From positions 1-39,628 of the forward strand of contig JACPYI010000022.1 in NCBI GenBank assembly GCA_016196115.1: a stretch of 39,628 nucleotides of DNA, given 5' to 3'. This document shows, piece after piece, positions 1 to 8,242 of the stretch (position 1 is its first letter; every line of letters starts with the position of its first letter). Under the pieces are notes generated by a model. It was not told where the DNA came from and made no database searches. It saw nothing but the letters and a program-made list of their open reading frames with translations. The position numbers and the translations under genes were made by a program. This DNA comes from Candidatus Sungiibacteriota bacterium. GTDB taxonomy: Bacteria; Patescibacteriota; Minisyncoccia; Sungbacterales; HO2-52-23.

Positions 1-147
1 CCGGTCTCCCTCACATGCCAGCCATTTAATGAGATGTTCCTTGAATATGCTTTGTCTTATCGCCATGTTCATATGGCGATACGGTAACCGATTTATGAGC
101 TACTCGGGAGGGTTGGGTAACCTTTTTTGTGAGCTGCAACGATCTTA

Positions 148-176
148 TTGACTTTCCCCACCCTATCCTGTATAGT
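148..176 (+). promoter_or_regulatory. sigma70 promoter of infC-rpmI-rplT
   Basis: TTGACT (148-153), 17-nt spacer, TATAGT (171-176). Confidence 0.75.
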
Positions 177-216
177 CCCATAGGTAAGGCAAATTCAATT
201 TAAACCCCTTTTTACT

Positions 217-726
217 ATCCAACGACGCTACCGTATCAATCAACTTATCCGCACGACCCCGATCCGAGTCATTGACGACGAGGGCGCGAATCTGGGTGTA
301 ATGGAGACCACGGACGCGCTTCGTATTGCCAACGAACGCGGGCTTGACCTGATCGAGATCGCGCCGACCGCGAAACCGCCCGTGTGCAAGATCATGGACT
401 TCGGCAAGTTCAAGTACGAGCGGGAAAAGGGAGAGCGGGAGCAGGGCAAGAAGCACAAGGACACGAGCGAGGTCAAAGGCGTGCGGATCGGTTTCCTGAC
501 CGGTACGCACGATTTGGAGCTTCGCGCCAAGAACATCAAGAAGTTTCTTGAGGAGGGCCACAAGGTGCGGATAGACATGAAGCTGGTCGGCAGGCAGAAA
601 GCGCACGGGCCGCTGGCGCTTGAGAAATTCAACGCGTTTCTTGAGATGATCCCCGCGGACTTTACCGTAGAGCTTGCGCCCAAGCGTCTTCCGCACGGAT
701 TGCTTGCAGTCATAACAAAAAAGTAG
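217..726 (+). CDS. infC: translation initiation factor IF-3 (non-AUG start)
   Basis: Motifs GLDLIEIAP..PPVCKIMDFGKFKYE. The frame is open upstream of ATG301 through IQRRYRINQLIRTTPIRVIDDEGANLGV back to TAG181. Likely start ATC217 (alternative ATT193). Confidence 0.93.
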   Translation: MQRRYRINQLIRTTPIRVIDDEGANLGVMETTDALRIANERGLDLIEIAPTAKPPVCKIMDFGKFKYEREKGEREQGKKHKDTSEVKGVRIGFLTGTHDLELRAKNIKKFLEEGHKVRIDMKLVGRQKAHGPLALEKFNAFLEMIPADFTVELAPKRLPHGLLAVITKK

Positions 727-733
727 CATTCCG

Positions 734-798
734 GTCATTCTGAGCGGAGCGAAGAATCCCGGGATCCTTCATCCCGACAAGTCGGGATTCAGGATGAC
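734..798. repeat. REP/RPE-like palindromic element, copy 1
   Basis: GTCATTCTGA..GAAGAA..GATCCTTC..TCAGGATGAC with complementary ends; same scaffold at 5223-5303. Confidence 0.8.
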
Positions 799-824
799 AC
801 ATAAACGCACAAAACCAATTTATT

Positions 825-1004
825 ATGGCACGGAAAGCCGTTCTCAAACGAATCAAATTCACCCGAACCGGAAAAGTGCTCCGCCGCCGCGCCGGACACA
901 ATCATTTTAATGCGAAAAAGAGCCAAAGCGAGCAGGGCCGCAAAAAAGGCATGCTCGGATTCACCCCAGCCATCGAGAAAAAAATGAGAGCGTATGCAAA
1001 TTAA
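825..1004 (+). CDS. rpmI: 50S ribosomal protein L35
   Basis: Hand-translated 59 aa MARKAVLKRIKFTRTGKVLRRRAGHNHFNAKK...; lies between infC and rplT; absent from the ORF track. Confidence 0.93.
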   Translation: MARKAVLKRIKFTRTGKVLRRRAGHNHFNAKKSQSEQGRKKGMLGFTPAIEKKMRAYAN

Positions 1005-1010
1005 ATTTTT

Positions 1011-1358
1011 ATGACCAGAGTCAAACGAGGAACCATAGCCCATAAGCGGCGCGAAAAACTTCTCACCTACGCGAGGGGATTCCGCTGGGGGCAGAAAAAT
1101 AAAGAGAAACTCGCGCGCCAGGCCCTCCTACATGCATGGCCCAATGCTTTTGTCGGACGCAAGCAGAAAAAACGAAATTTCCGCCGCCTCTGGCAGGTAA
1201 AGATCGGCGCCGCGACCCGCAGCCAAGACATGTCGTACAGCGCATTTATCGGCGCGCTCAAAGAAAAGAAAATCGAGATCGACCGCAAGATTCTCGCCGA
1301 GCTTGCCGAGAAGCACCCGTCGGCATTCGGAAAAGTTCTGGCCGAGGTGAAGAAATAA
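1011..1358 (+). CDS. rplT: 50S ribosomal protein L20
   Basis: MTRVKRG..RKQKKRNFRRLW..IDRKILAELA. Confidence 0.97.
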   Translation: MTRVKRGTIAHKRREKLLTYARGFRWGQKNKEKLARQALLHAWPNAFVGRKQKKRNFRRLWQVKIGAATRSQDMSYSAFIGALKEKKIEIDRKILAELAEKHPSAFGKVLAEVKK

Positions 1359-1381
1359 CTATTACTCCGTTGTGAAAACAT

Positions 1382-1414
1382 AAAAATAGTCCTGCAGGAT
1401 GCAGGACTATTTTT
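1382..1414. terminator. bidirectional intrinsic terminator
   Basis: AAAAATAGTCCTGCA-gga-TGCAGGACTATTTTT between convergent genes. Confidence 0.8.
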
Positions 1415-2180
1415 ATTCTCTCCAGAAAATCAGGGAACAGACAAAGATGCCGGCACCCAAGAGGATGATTGTGGGACCGGGCAGCAGATGCAGGGTGTGG
1501 CTCGCGAATGCGCCTATGGTTGCGATAAAACCGCCGAGACCGGTGCTCAAGAGAATGTAGCGGCGCGCGCTCGTGCTGATATTTTTTGCGATGGACGCGG
1601 GGATAATGGTGAGCGCGCCCATGAGAAGCGTGCCGACCAGTTTGATGCCGAGCGCCACCACGCCGGAGAAAATAAGGAGGAGCACGAGTTGTTCGGCGGT
1701 GCCGCCGCCGCCTTGCACGCGGGCAAGCTCGTTGGAGACAATGGAGAATAAGAATTTTCGCGTCAGAAAAAAAACAAGAATCGTGAGTACGACCCCGGTC
1801 GCGATTACGGAAACAAGCACCGGCGGACTGAATGCGGGGAATTCGCCGAAGAGAGAATCGATTACGTCTCCGCCCGGGATCGAGAGGATGCCGATTGCCA
1901 AACTTGCCGTGAAGAGCAGCCCCACAAGCGCATCGGACGGAAGGCGTGTGTGCTGTTCAAGATACCATACCAGTATTGCCGCGCCCAAGAGAAACGAGAG
2001 CACGCCCCAAAAAGGATCAAAGTGATAGATGAGCGCGAGCGCAATACCGGGAAGGGCCACATGCGAGAGCGCATCGCCGACCAGCGCCATGCGCTTGAGC
2101 AGGATGAACGACCCGACCGCTCCGGATGCGGCGCCGATGACGAGTGCAATCAGCAATGTTTCGACAAGAGATGCTTCCAT
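1413..2180 (-). CDS. znuB: Zn/Mn ABC transporter permease (ZnuB/ABC-3)
   Basis: RMALVGDALSHVALPG and VGTLLMGALTIIPA motifs; multiple TM segments. Confidence 0.88.
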   Translation of the reverse strand: MEASLVETLLIALVIGAASGAVGSFILLKRMALVGDALSHVALPGIALALIYHFDPFWGVLSFLLGAAILVWYLEQHTRLPSDALVGLLFTASLAIGILSIPGGDVIDSLFGEFPAFSPPVLVSVIATGVVLTILVFFLTRKFLFSIVSNELARVQGGGGTAEQLVLLLIFSGVVALGIKLVGTLLMGALTIIPASIAKNISTSARRYILLSTGLGGFIATIGAFASHTLHLLPGPTIILLGAGIFVCSLIFWRE

Positions 2181-2186
2181 TTTGTT

Positions 2187-2936
2187 CTATGTTTTATGTG
2201 CTACATTCTTCGGATGGTGGTAAAAAGTTCCGCCACCATAAATATTTGCAAGCTCCTGCGGATTTAATACTTGCTGCGGCGCGCCGTGGCAGATCATTTT
2301 TTTGTTGAGGCACAACACGTTGGTGGCATATTGGTACACCACGTTGAGATCGTGCGAAATCAGGACAATCGTGGTGCCCCGTTCCTTCTGCAGACGGGCA
2401 AGAATATGATGCACAGTCTGCTCCCCTTCCATGTCGATGCCCGCAGTCGGCTCGTCGCAGAGCAGCACGTCGGGGTGGTTGAGCATGGCCCACGCGATAA
2501 GCACACGCTGGAATTCTCCGCCCGAAAGTTCGCTGACCGGTTTTCTTAAAATCGTATCGTGCAGACCCACGATTGACAGTTCGTGCTCGATATGCGCAAG
2601 AAATTCCCGGCCGGGCCGCCAGAATTTTTTTGACTTGAGGAGAAAGAACTCCCGCACCGTCACGGGCAAGGACCGGTCAACTAAAAACTTTTGCGGCACA
2701 TAACCGATTTTGACGCCTTTTTGCCAAGCAATTGTGCCCTGATGCGGGATCAACCCAAGCAGCGCCCGGAAAAGCATGGTCTTGCCTGCGCCATTGGGCC
2801 CGATCACGACAAGCGCTTCTCCTTTTTCAACGGAGAACGAGACACCGCGCAAAACCTCCTCGCGATCCATGGTGATCGAGAGGTCATGCACGTTGAGCAG
2901 ATGGTTTTGATTTTGATGCGACTCCGGTTCGATCAT
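2187..2936 (-). CDS. znuC: Zn/Mn ABC transporter ATP-binding protein
   Basis: GPNGAGKT, IGYVPQK, LSGGEFQR, LLCDEP, SHD. Confidence 0.88.
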   Translation of the reverse strand: MIEPESHQNQNHLLNVHDLSITMDREEVLRGVSFSVEKGEALVVIGPNGAGKTMLFRALLGLIPHQGTIAWQKGVKIGYVPQKFLVDRSLPVTVREFFLLKSKKFWRPGREFLAHIEHELSIVGLHDTILRKPVSELSGGEFQRVLIAWAMLNHPDVLLCDEPTAGIDMEGEQTVHHILARLQKERGTTIVLISHDLNVVYQYATNVLCLNKKMICHGAPQQVLNPQELANIYGGGTFYHHPKNVAHKT

Positions 2937-3384
2937 ATTTTTTCAGAAACTTTTCCGCTGCTGCGAGCACACGTCGTGCATTTTGATACGTCAATTTTTT
3001 ACGCGCCTCTCTGTACCCTAGCCATGCGTACGCTTGGTGCTCGGACGAGACCGTCACGCGTTTCTGCTTCGTTTCCGCAAGAAAAAAGGCTACAAATTTA
3101 AGGCGCTTCCCCGTTCCATAATTTACAAAGTAGCGGATCGTTTCTTTGAAGCCGGGGGTGAGAGTGATGCGCCGTATTCCGGTTTCTTCGCGAGTTTCTC
3201 TCCTGACCGTATCCTCGGTTTTTTCTCCCGCCTCAATGTGGCCTTTTGGAAAATCCCAGTGTCCGGCCGTCGGCTTACGCGCTTTGCCGTTCGGTACATC
3301 CGGATGCTGAATCAAAAGATACATCCGCCCGGCCCTCGTATGCCGAAATACCGCCGCTCCGGCCGATCGTTCTGCTCTTGCCAT
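2884..3384 (-). CDS. NUDIX hydrolase (Ap4A hydrolase-like)
   Basis: HWDFPKGHIEAGEKTEDTVRRETREETG Nudix box; SAGAAVF N-terminus; SSEH. Confidence 0.88.
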   Translation of the reverse strand: MARAERSAGAAVFRHTRAGRMYLLIQHPDVPNGKARKPTAGHWDFPKGHIEAGEKTEDTVRRETREETGIRRITLTPGFKETIRYFVNYGTGKRLKFVAFFLAETKQKRVTVSSEHQAYAWLGYREARKKLTYQNARRVLAAAEKFLKKYDRTGVASKSKPSAQRA

Positions 3385-3468
3385 GCCTAGAGCTTATCAT
3401 GATTTTACGCTGAAAACAACTCCTTGCGCGCAGGAAAAGGCCTCGTGTGCAGAACCCATACATAATAG

Positions 3469-5208
3469 CTACCGTCTCTTTTTCGACAGCGCGAGGAATT
3501 CTTTTAACGGACGCGTATTGACCACGTTCTTCTTCTCTGCCCAGCCGCGACGGGCCTGGGCTATGCCGTATTCGAGAAACGTGAAGTGGCCGGCTGCATG
3601 CGCGTCGGAATCAATGGTCATTTTGACCCCGGCTGCAACGCATTTGCGGATGTATTCGTCTTTTAAGTCAAGACGCTCCGGTGAGGCGTTGATCTCGAGC
3701 ATCGTGCGCGTTCGCTTTGCCGCGGCAATGACCGCGTCAATATCAACGTCAATGGGTTTGCGCTTGTTGATGCGGCGGCCCGTCAGGTGGAAAATAATGT
3801 CAACGTGGGGATTTTCCATGGCGCGGATCACGCGAGCGGTTTGTTCCATACGCGAAAGGCGGAAGTGACTGTGCACTGATGCGCCAACTACGTCGAGCTT
3901 GGCAAGCATTTCATCCGCGATGTCAAGTGAACCGTCTTTCATAATATTCACTTCGGCGCCGGCAAGCACAATGCAGTTGATTTTTTTCTTTCGCAGTTTC
4001 GCATTTACCTGTTTGATCTCTTGAATCTGACGCGCCAATTTTTTTTCGTCCAGTCCGCCGGTCATGGCAAGAGACTTGGTGTGATCGGTGATCGCGATAT
4101 ATTCGAGCCCCGCGTCAGACGCGGCTCGTGCCATCTCTTCGATTGAATTATCACCGTCGGTCCAGTTTGTTTGCACCTGCAGATCGCCGCGTATGGCGCC
4201 GTATCCGATCAGATGCGGAAGTTTGTTCGTGCGAGCCGCTGGAATCTCGCCGGTCATCTCACGAAGCTCCGGCTCAATATACCGAAGCCCGAGTTTTTTA
4301 TAGAGTTCCTCTTCGGTTTTTCCCGCGATCATTCTGGCGCCGGAGAAGAGCCCATACTCGTTGAGCTTCCATCCTTTTTTGATCGCAATCTCGCGCAAGG
4401 CCACATTGTGTTCTTTTGATCCGGTGAAATAGTTGAGCGCCGCGCCCCATGATTTTTTCGGCACCACGCGCAGATCAGCATCAAGCCCGTTTTTGAGCCG
4501 CACATTGGTTTTGGTCGGCCCGTGTCCATAGACATGAGCAATCAGAGGCAGTGCCAGAAACCGTTTGGACACCGCATCCGGTTTTGAAGACGAAACCAGA
4601 ATATCAATGTCGCCGATGGTCTCTTTTCTCCGGCGCAGGGAACCGCAAACCATTACTTCATCCGCCTCCGGAAAGGAGCGGATCATACTCTCAAGCGCAC
4701 GCGCTTCGGGAAGGATCGAGCCGAGCAATTTCCGACCACCGGATGTCTTGAGAAATTCGATTCCTTTGAGAATCTTCTGCTCCGATTTCTCGCCAAGCCC
4801 CGGCAGTGCGCGAATCTTGCCGGCTTTCGCTGCGGCCTCAAGACCGGCGAGATTTTTGATCTTCAGCTTCTGCCAGAGCAGCTTGATCATCTTGGGCCCC
4901 ACGCCCTCGACAGCCGCAAGTTCAGCAACCGCGACCGGATATTTTTTGACCAGCATCATATGCTCCCGAAAATCGCCTTTTTTCAAAAGATCCTCGAGAT
5001 GATCCGCGATCCCCTTTCCCACGCCGGGAATGCCCGCGAACGCATCTTTTCCTTTTTCGCGATACGACCCCGCAAGCTCGGCGCCAAGCGATTCAATGGA
5101 TTGGGCAGCACGCTCGTATGCGGCCGGCTTGAACGCAACGCTTTCCATCTCGAAGAACATCGCCATCTCATACAATATGTTTGCGATTTCACGGTTGGTC
5201 ATAGGCAT
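3469..5208 (-). CDS. polX: DNA polymerase X / PHP-domain protein
   Basis: HhH motifs, GSLRRRKETIGDIDIL, YFTGSKEHN, YIEPELRE, then PHP motifs TDH, SVHS, SDAH. Confidence 0.93.
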   Translation of the reverse strand: MPMTNREIANILYEMAMFFEMESVAFKPAAYERAAQSIESLGAELAGSYREKGKDAFAGIPGVGKGIADHLEDLLKKGDFREHMMLVKKYPVAVAELAAVEGVGPKMIKLLWQKLKIKNLAGLEAAAKAGKIRALPGLGEKSEQKILKGIEFLKTSGGRKLLGSILPEARALESMIRSFPEADEVMVCGSLRRRKETIGDIDILVSSSKPDAVSKRFLALPLIAHVYGHGPTKTNVRLKNGLDADLRVVPKKSWGAALNYFTGSKEHNVALREIAIKKGWKLNEYGLFSGARMIAGKTEEELYKKLGLRYIEPELREMTGEIPAARTNKLPHLIGYGAIRGDLQVQTNWTDGDNSIEEMARAASDAGLEYIAITDHTKSLAMTGGLDEKKLARQIQEIKQVNAKLRKKKINCIVLAGAEVNIMKDGSLDIADEMLAKLDVVGASVHSHFRLSRMEQTARVIRAMENPHVDIIFHLTGRRINKRKPIDVDIDAVIAAAKRTRTMLEINASPERLDLKDEYIRKCVAAGVKMTIDSDAHAAGHFTFLEYGIAQARRGWAEKKNVVNTRPLKEFLALSKKRR

Positions 5209-5222
5209 AGATACTCCTATTG

Positions 5223-5303
5223 GCCATTCTGATCCGTCAGTTGACGGAGAAGAACTCTTCTCCTGATCATCGTCGAGATCCTTCGGCTACGCCTCAGGAT
5301 GAC
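5223..5303. repeat. REP/RPE-like palindromic element, copy 2
   Basis: GCCATTCTGA..GAAGAA..GATCCTTC..TCAGGATGAC. Confidence 0.75.
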
Positions 5304-5311
5304 GGAAAAAG

Positions 5312-5953
5312 TTACGGCCGCTTCTGTTCGATTATCATGACGCCCTCCGCGGCGCCCATGCGGGGAGAGATGTACGGACGCAGGAACCAGAGAATGATAA
5401 AGCCGATCAGCATGAGCGTGCCGTTGATGAGAAACATGACGCGGATGCCGGTGATGGTCGCAAGCAGTCCAGAAAAAATGCCGCCGAGCGCGGATCCGGC
5501 GCCGACCGAAAAACTGGAAAAGAGCGACCATTCAAACCCGATATGTTCGTGATCCAGATGCCTGCTGAAGATGGCGTAAAACGGCGGAATAAAAAGCGCG
5601 TCCCCGATCGCCATCAATACTTGCAACGCGTAGATGTGCCAGACCTCATGGCTGAAATAAAAGAGAAAAGTTGCAAGCGTAAAAATACACGCGCCCGCAA
5701 GCATGGCATTGTGATCGTCCATCTCGCCGCTGATGCGGTCAAGCCGGCGCGCAATCGGTATTTGCAGGAGCGATTTGCAGATCCAATAAATCGCCACCGC
5801 AAACCCGACCACCGTGATCGCGCTCCCGCCGATATTCTCGAGCACGAACACCGCAAAGAGCGGCGTGGTCAGCCCGGCCGCCGCAGTAAAAATAAACTGG
5901 CTGAATATAATGATGAGAATGACGTTGTTGACCTTGGGGAAGGTGAATTTCAC
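5312..5953 (-). CDS. half-size MFS-like membrane protein (~6 TM)
   Basis: Hydrophobic 213 aa, motif-A-like IARRLDRISG; GTG5953 lies 6 nt after TG-C-TATACT. Confidence 0.75.
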   Translation of the reverse strand: MKFTFPKVNNVILIIIFSQFIFTAAAGLTTPLFAVFVLENIGGSAITVVGFAVAIYWICKSLLQIPIARRLDRISGEMDDHNAMLAGACIFTLATFLFYFSHEVWHIYALQVLMAIGDALFIPPFYAIFSRHLDHEHIGFEWSLFSSFSVGAGSALGGIFSGLLATITGIRVMFLINGTLMLIGFIILWFLRPYISPRMGAAEGVMIIEQKRP

Positions 5954-6114
5954 ACTCCCAGTATAGCACAAAAACCCCGGCCTAACAGCTGCTCTCCCAA
6001 TCGAGCTCCCCTGATGGAGTCAAGCAGGGGGGATGGGGATACGTTGGCGCATACAGCTTGACATTGCTTTGAATCGGCGTAAAATATCTGTACACGCTAC
6101 AGTAATTACAGATT

Positions 6115-6210
6115 ATGCTCATTATTTATCTTATCTTCGCGATAATCGGACTCACCATTGTTTTGATGGCGCTTCCCACGATTATTTCCAAGAGCCGCAG
6201 GCATCAATAG
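6115..6210 (+). CDS. 31-aa single-TM peptide
   Basis: MLIIYLIFAIIGLTIVLMALPTIISKSRRHQ*; TTGACA(6058)-N16-TAAAAT(6080) upstream. Confidence 0.45.
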   Translation: MLIIYLIFAIIGLTIVLMALPTIISKSRRHQ

Positions 6211-6214
6211 CTTC

Positions 6215-6456
6215 GTCGAAACCTGGGACAATGTGCAGCTTGCCTTCACGGACGCGCATGATTGCTTCGGCAATCTCCGGGCGCAGGCGGGAGCAGCAAG
6301 CAGCACATAGCTTGCCTGTCTTGAATTCTCTATCTTCCATCCGGACAGCCGCATGACCAGGCGGATAAAAAATCCATACTCGTCAGCCAGCTGCCGCTGC
6401 GGAGCCGCGCGAACCGGTTGCGGATTCTGTTTTTCGTATTCTCCGAGGATGTCCAT
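6215..6456 (-). pseudogene. chimeric remnant: small-protein N-terminus joined out of frame to an endonuclease-Q-like C-terminal fragment
   Basis: MDILGEYEK..SGWKIENSRQASYVLL, then another frame at 6286-6215 reads LRPEIAEAIMRVREGKLHIVPGFD. Confidence 0.5.
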
Positions 6457-6468
6457 ATCGTGATGCCA

Positions 6469-7602
6469 TTATACCTTCCCGTTGAGAAAACGCAAGAGTT
6501 CGGCAAAGACGCCAACGAGCAAAACCGCAAGGATGGCGAAGCCCGTAATGGAGGCGAGTGTGCTTTTTTGTCCCTGCATCCGCCGAACACTGCGGCCCAT
6601 GAGCAGAAAGAGGATCGCGTCAACGCCGAATGCGACCACGCCGACAATGCTTATGATCGCGATAAAATTCTGGAAGCCGGCAAGGTAGAGGACAAAGGGA
6701 ATTGCAGACGCGGCAAGCCATGCGAAGCGCCGAGGCATGGCAAGGTCAAGGGAAAGCAGTGCCTGAAAATTCGCCGAGAGCGCAACGAAAGACGTGAGCA
6801 CGGCAAGAAATCCGACAGCGCTTGCCCATAGCGCGATGTTGTTGCCAAACGTGCGTTGTAGCCCGACAATCGCCTCCGTACTTGTTCCCACTCCGCTCAC
6901 GCCCACCACCGCAAAGGCAAACAAAAGATATAATGCGGCCGGAATAAGGGATCCGGTAATAATAGCGATTCGAACCATTTTTTTGTTGCGGCCAAGAACC
7001 GTAACCACATCCGGAATTACGCCGGCCCCGCTTAGGGCAAAGAGGAGTACGCCGTATGGCGCAAAGAGATCGCGCGCGCGCATGGCGGAAAAATTGGGGA
7101 GTGAGATGTTTGGCAGCAGCAGGAGCGAGAGCAGGGCAATAAAGGCAATCTCAAAAACAGTGAGTACGCTGTTGATCGCTGATTCTTTTTTCAGCGGGAA
7201 AAACGTGATCAGGCCGACTATACAGACGAGCCCTATCGCAAATATGTTGATGTGGGTTCCTGCTCCAACCGGGCCAAAAACGGTCTGCACAAAAAGGGAT
7301 CCGACCACCAGATACGCAAGCAGCGTGCCAATGGTGCCAAACAACGTGGATGCCCAGGATATTTTTGTTGCCCCGCGTCCAAGATAGGCGCGGATATACC
7401 CGGGCATGCGGTGGAACTCCGGAGTGGCAAGCACGATTTCGCCGTAGAGAAGGTGCAACATGGTCACCGCGCATGACAACACAATAAGTTCTATGGCTCC
7501 GGGCAGGAAGCCGGATTGCACAAACGAAAAAGGGATGGCAAACATGCCCACGCCGATAATCATGCCGGACAAGAGCAGTATTGCTTGAAGCAATTTCAAC
7601 AT
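6469..7602 (-). CDS. amino acid permease (aromatic/HAAAP-like)
   Basis: GMIIGVGMFAIPF, PYGVLLFALSG, ~11 TM. Confidence 0.85.
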   Translation of the reverse strand: MLKLLQAILLLSGMIIGVGMFAIPFSFVQSGFLPGAIELIVLSCAVTMLHLLYGEIVLATPEFHRMPGYIRAYLGRGATKISWASTLFGTIGTLLAYLVVGSLFVQTVFGPVGAGTHINIFAIGLVCIVGLITFFPLKKESAINSVLTVFEIAFIALLSLLLLPNISLPNFSAMRARDLFAPYGVLLFALSGAGVIPDVVTVLGRNKKMVRIAIITGSLIPAALYLLFAFAVVGVSGVGTSTEAIVGLQRTFGNNIALWASAVGFLAVLTSFVALSANFQALLSLDLAMPRRFAWLAASAIPFVLYLAGFQNFIAIISIVGVVAFGVDAILFLLMGRSVRRMQGQKSTLASITGFAILAVLLVGVFAELLRFLNGKV

Positions 7603-7608
7603 ACGATG

Positions 7609-8196
7609 CTATTTTTCCACGGTCTTTTCCAACTTGATCAATTCCATGAGTTTTGTAACAAGGGTTTTCGGATTTGAATCAAATATCACTTTGCCGGGGC
7701 CGCGGTGGCTTTCTTTGATCAGCTCCTGGATCCGATCCGCCAGCCCTCCAGTGCCGGTGAGCACGCCGATGGGCTTGTCATCTTCGAACGCGATGGTGAA
7801 CTCGTTGAGCGTTCCCATGCGCCCGCACACGATGAGCACGGCATCGGCCGAACGCGTGAGCAATAAGTTGCGCCCGGCATACCCGAATCCGGTGTAGATG
7901 ATGATGTCGTGATAGTCAACCGGCAGTTTGTATTTTTTTATATGCTCAAGCTCGGACGAGGCCGGAGAAAGCCCGATCACGAATCCGCCGGCCTCTTTGG
8001 CGCCGATCGCCCCCCAGTACGGCTCCCCGGTGGTGGCCCCGGTAACCAGCACCGCTCCTTGTCTGATAACTTCTCCTCCCAACTCCTTTGCTTTTTCCAG
8101 CGCATCGGGCGCGCAGTGGCTTGTCTCGGCCGCGCCCGAGATGCAGAGTTTATACTTCAGATGCACATGTTGATCTTCTTTTGACTTGCTGTTCAT
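7609..8196 (-). CDS. LOG/SLOG-family protein
   Basis: LVTGATTG, VIGLSP, GRNLLLTRSADAV, GRMGTLNE; start taken at MNSKSKED (8196). Confidence 0.85.
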   Translation of the reverse strand: MNSKSKEDQHVHLKYKLCISGAAETSHCAPDALEKAKELGGEVIRQGAVLVTGATTGEPYWGAIGAKEAGGFVIGLSPASSELEHIKKYKLPVDYHDIIIYTGFGYAGRNLLLTRSADAVLIVCGRMGTLNEFTIAFEDDKPIGVLTGTGGLADRIQELIKESHRGPGKVIFDSNPKTLVTKLMELIKLEKTVEK

Positions 8197-8242
8197 AATG
8201 AAAGTATAGAAGAAAAGGAACGAACCCGCAAATGAATTCGTG

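Noticed and set aside
60-216. L20 leader RNA upstream of infC
   Set aside because: The promoter at 148-176 leaves only ~35 nt of leader, and I could not recognise the motif; the hairpin at 59-80 is unassigned
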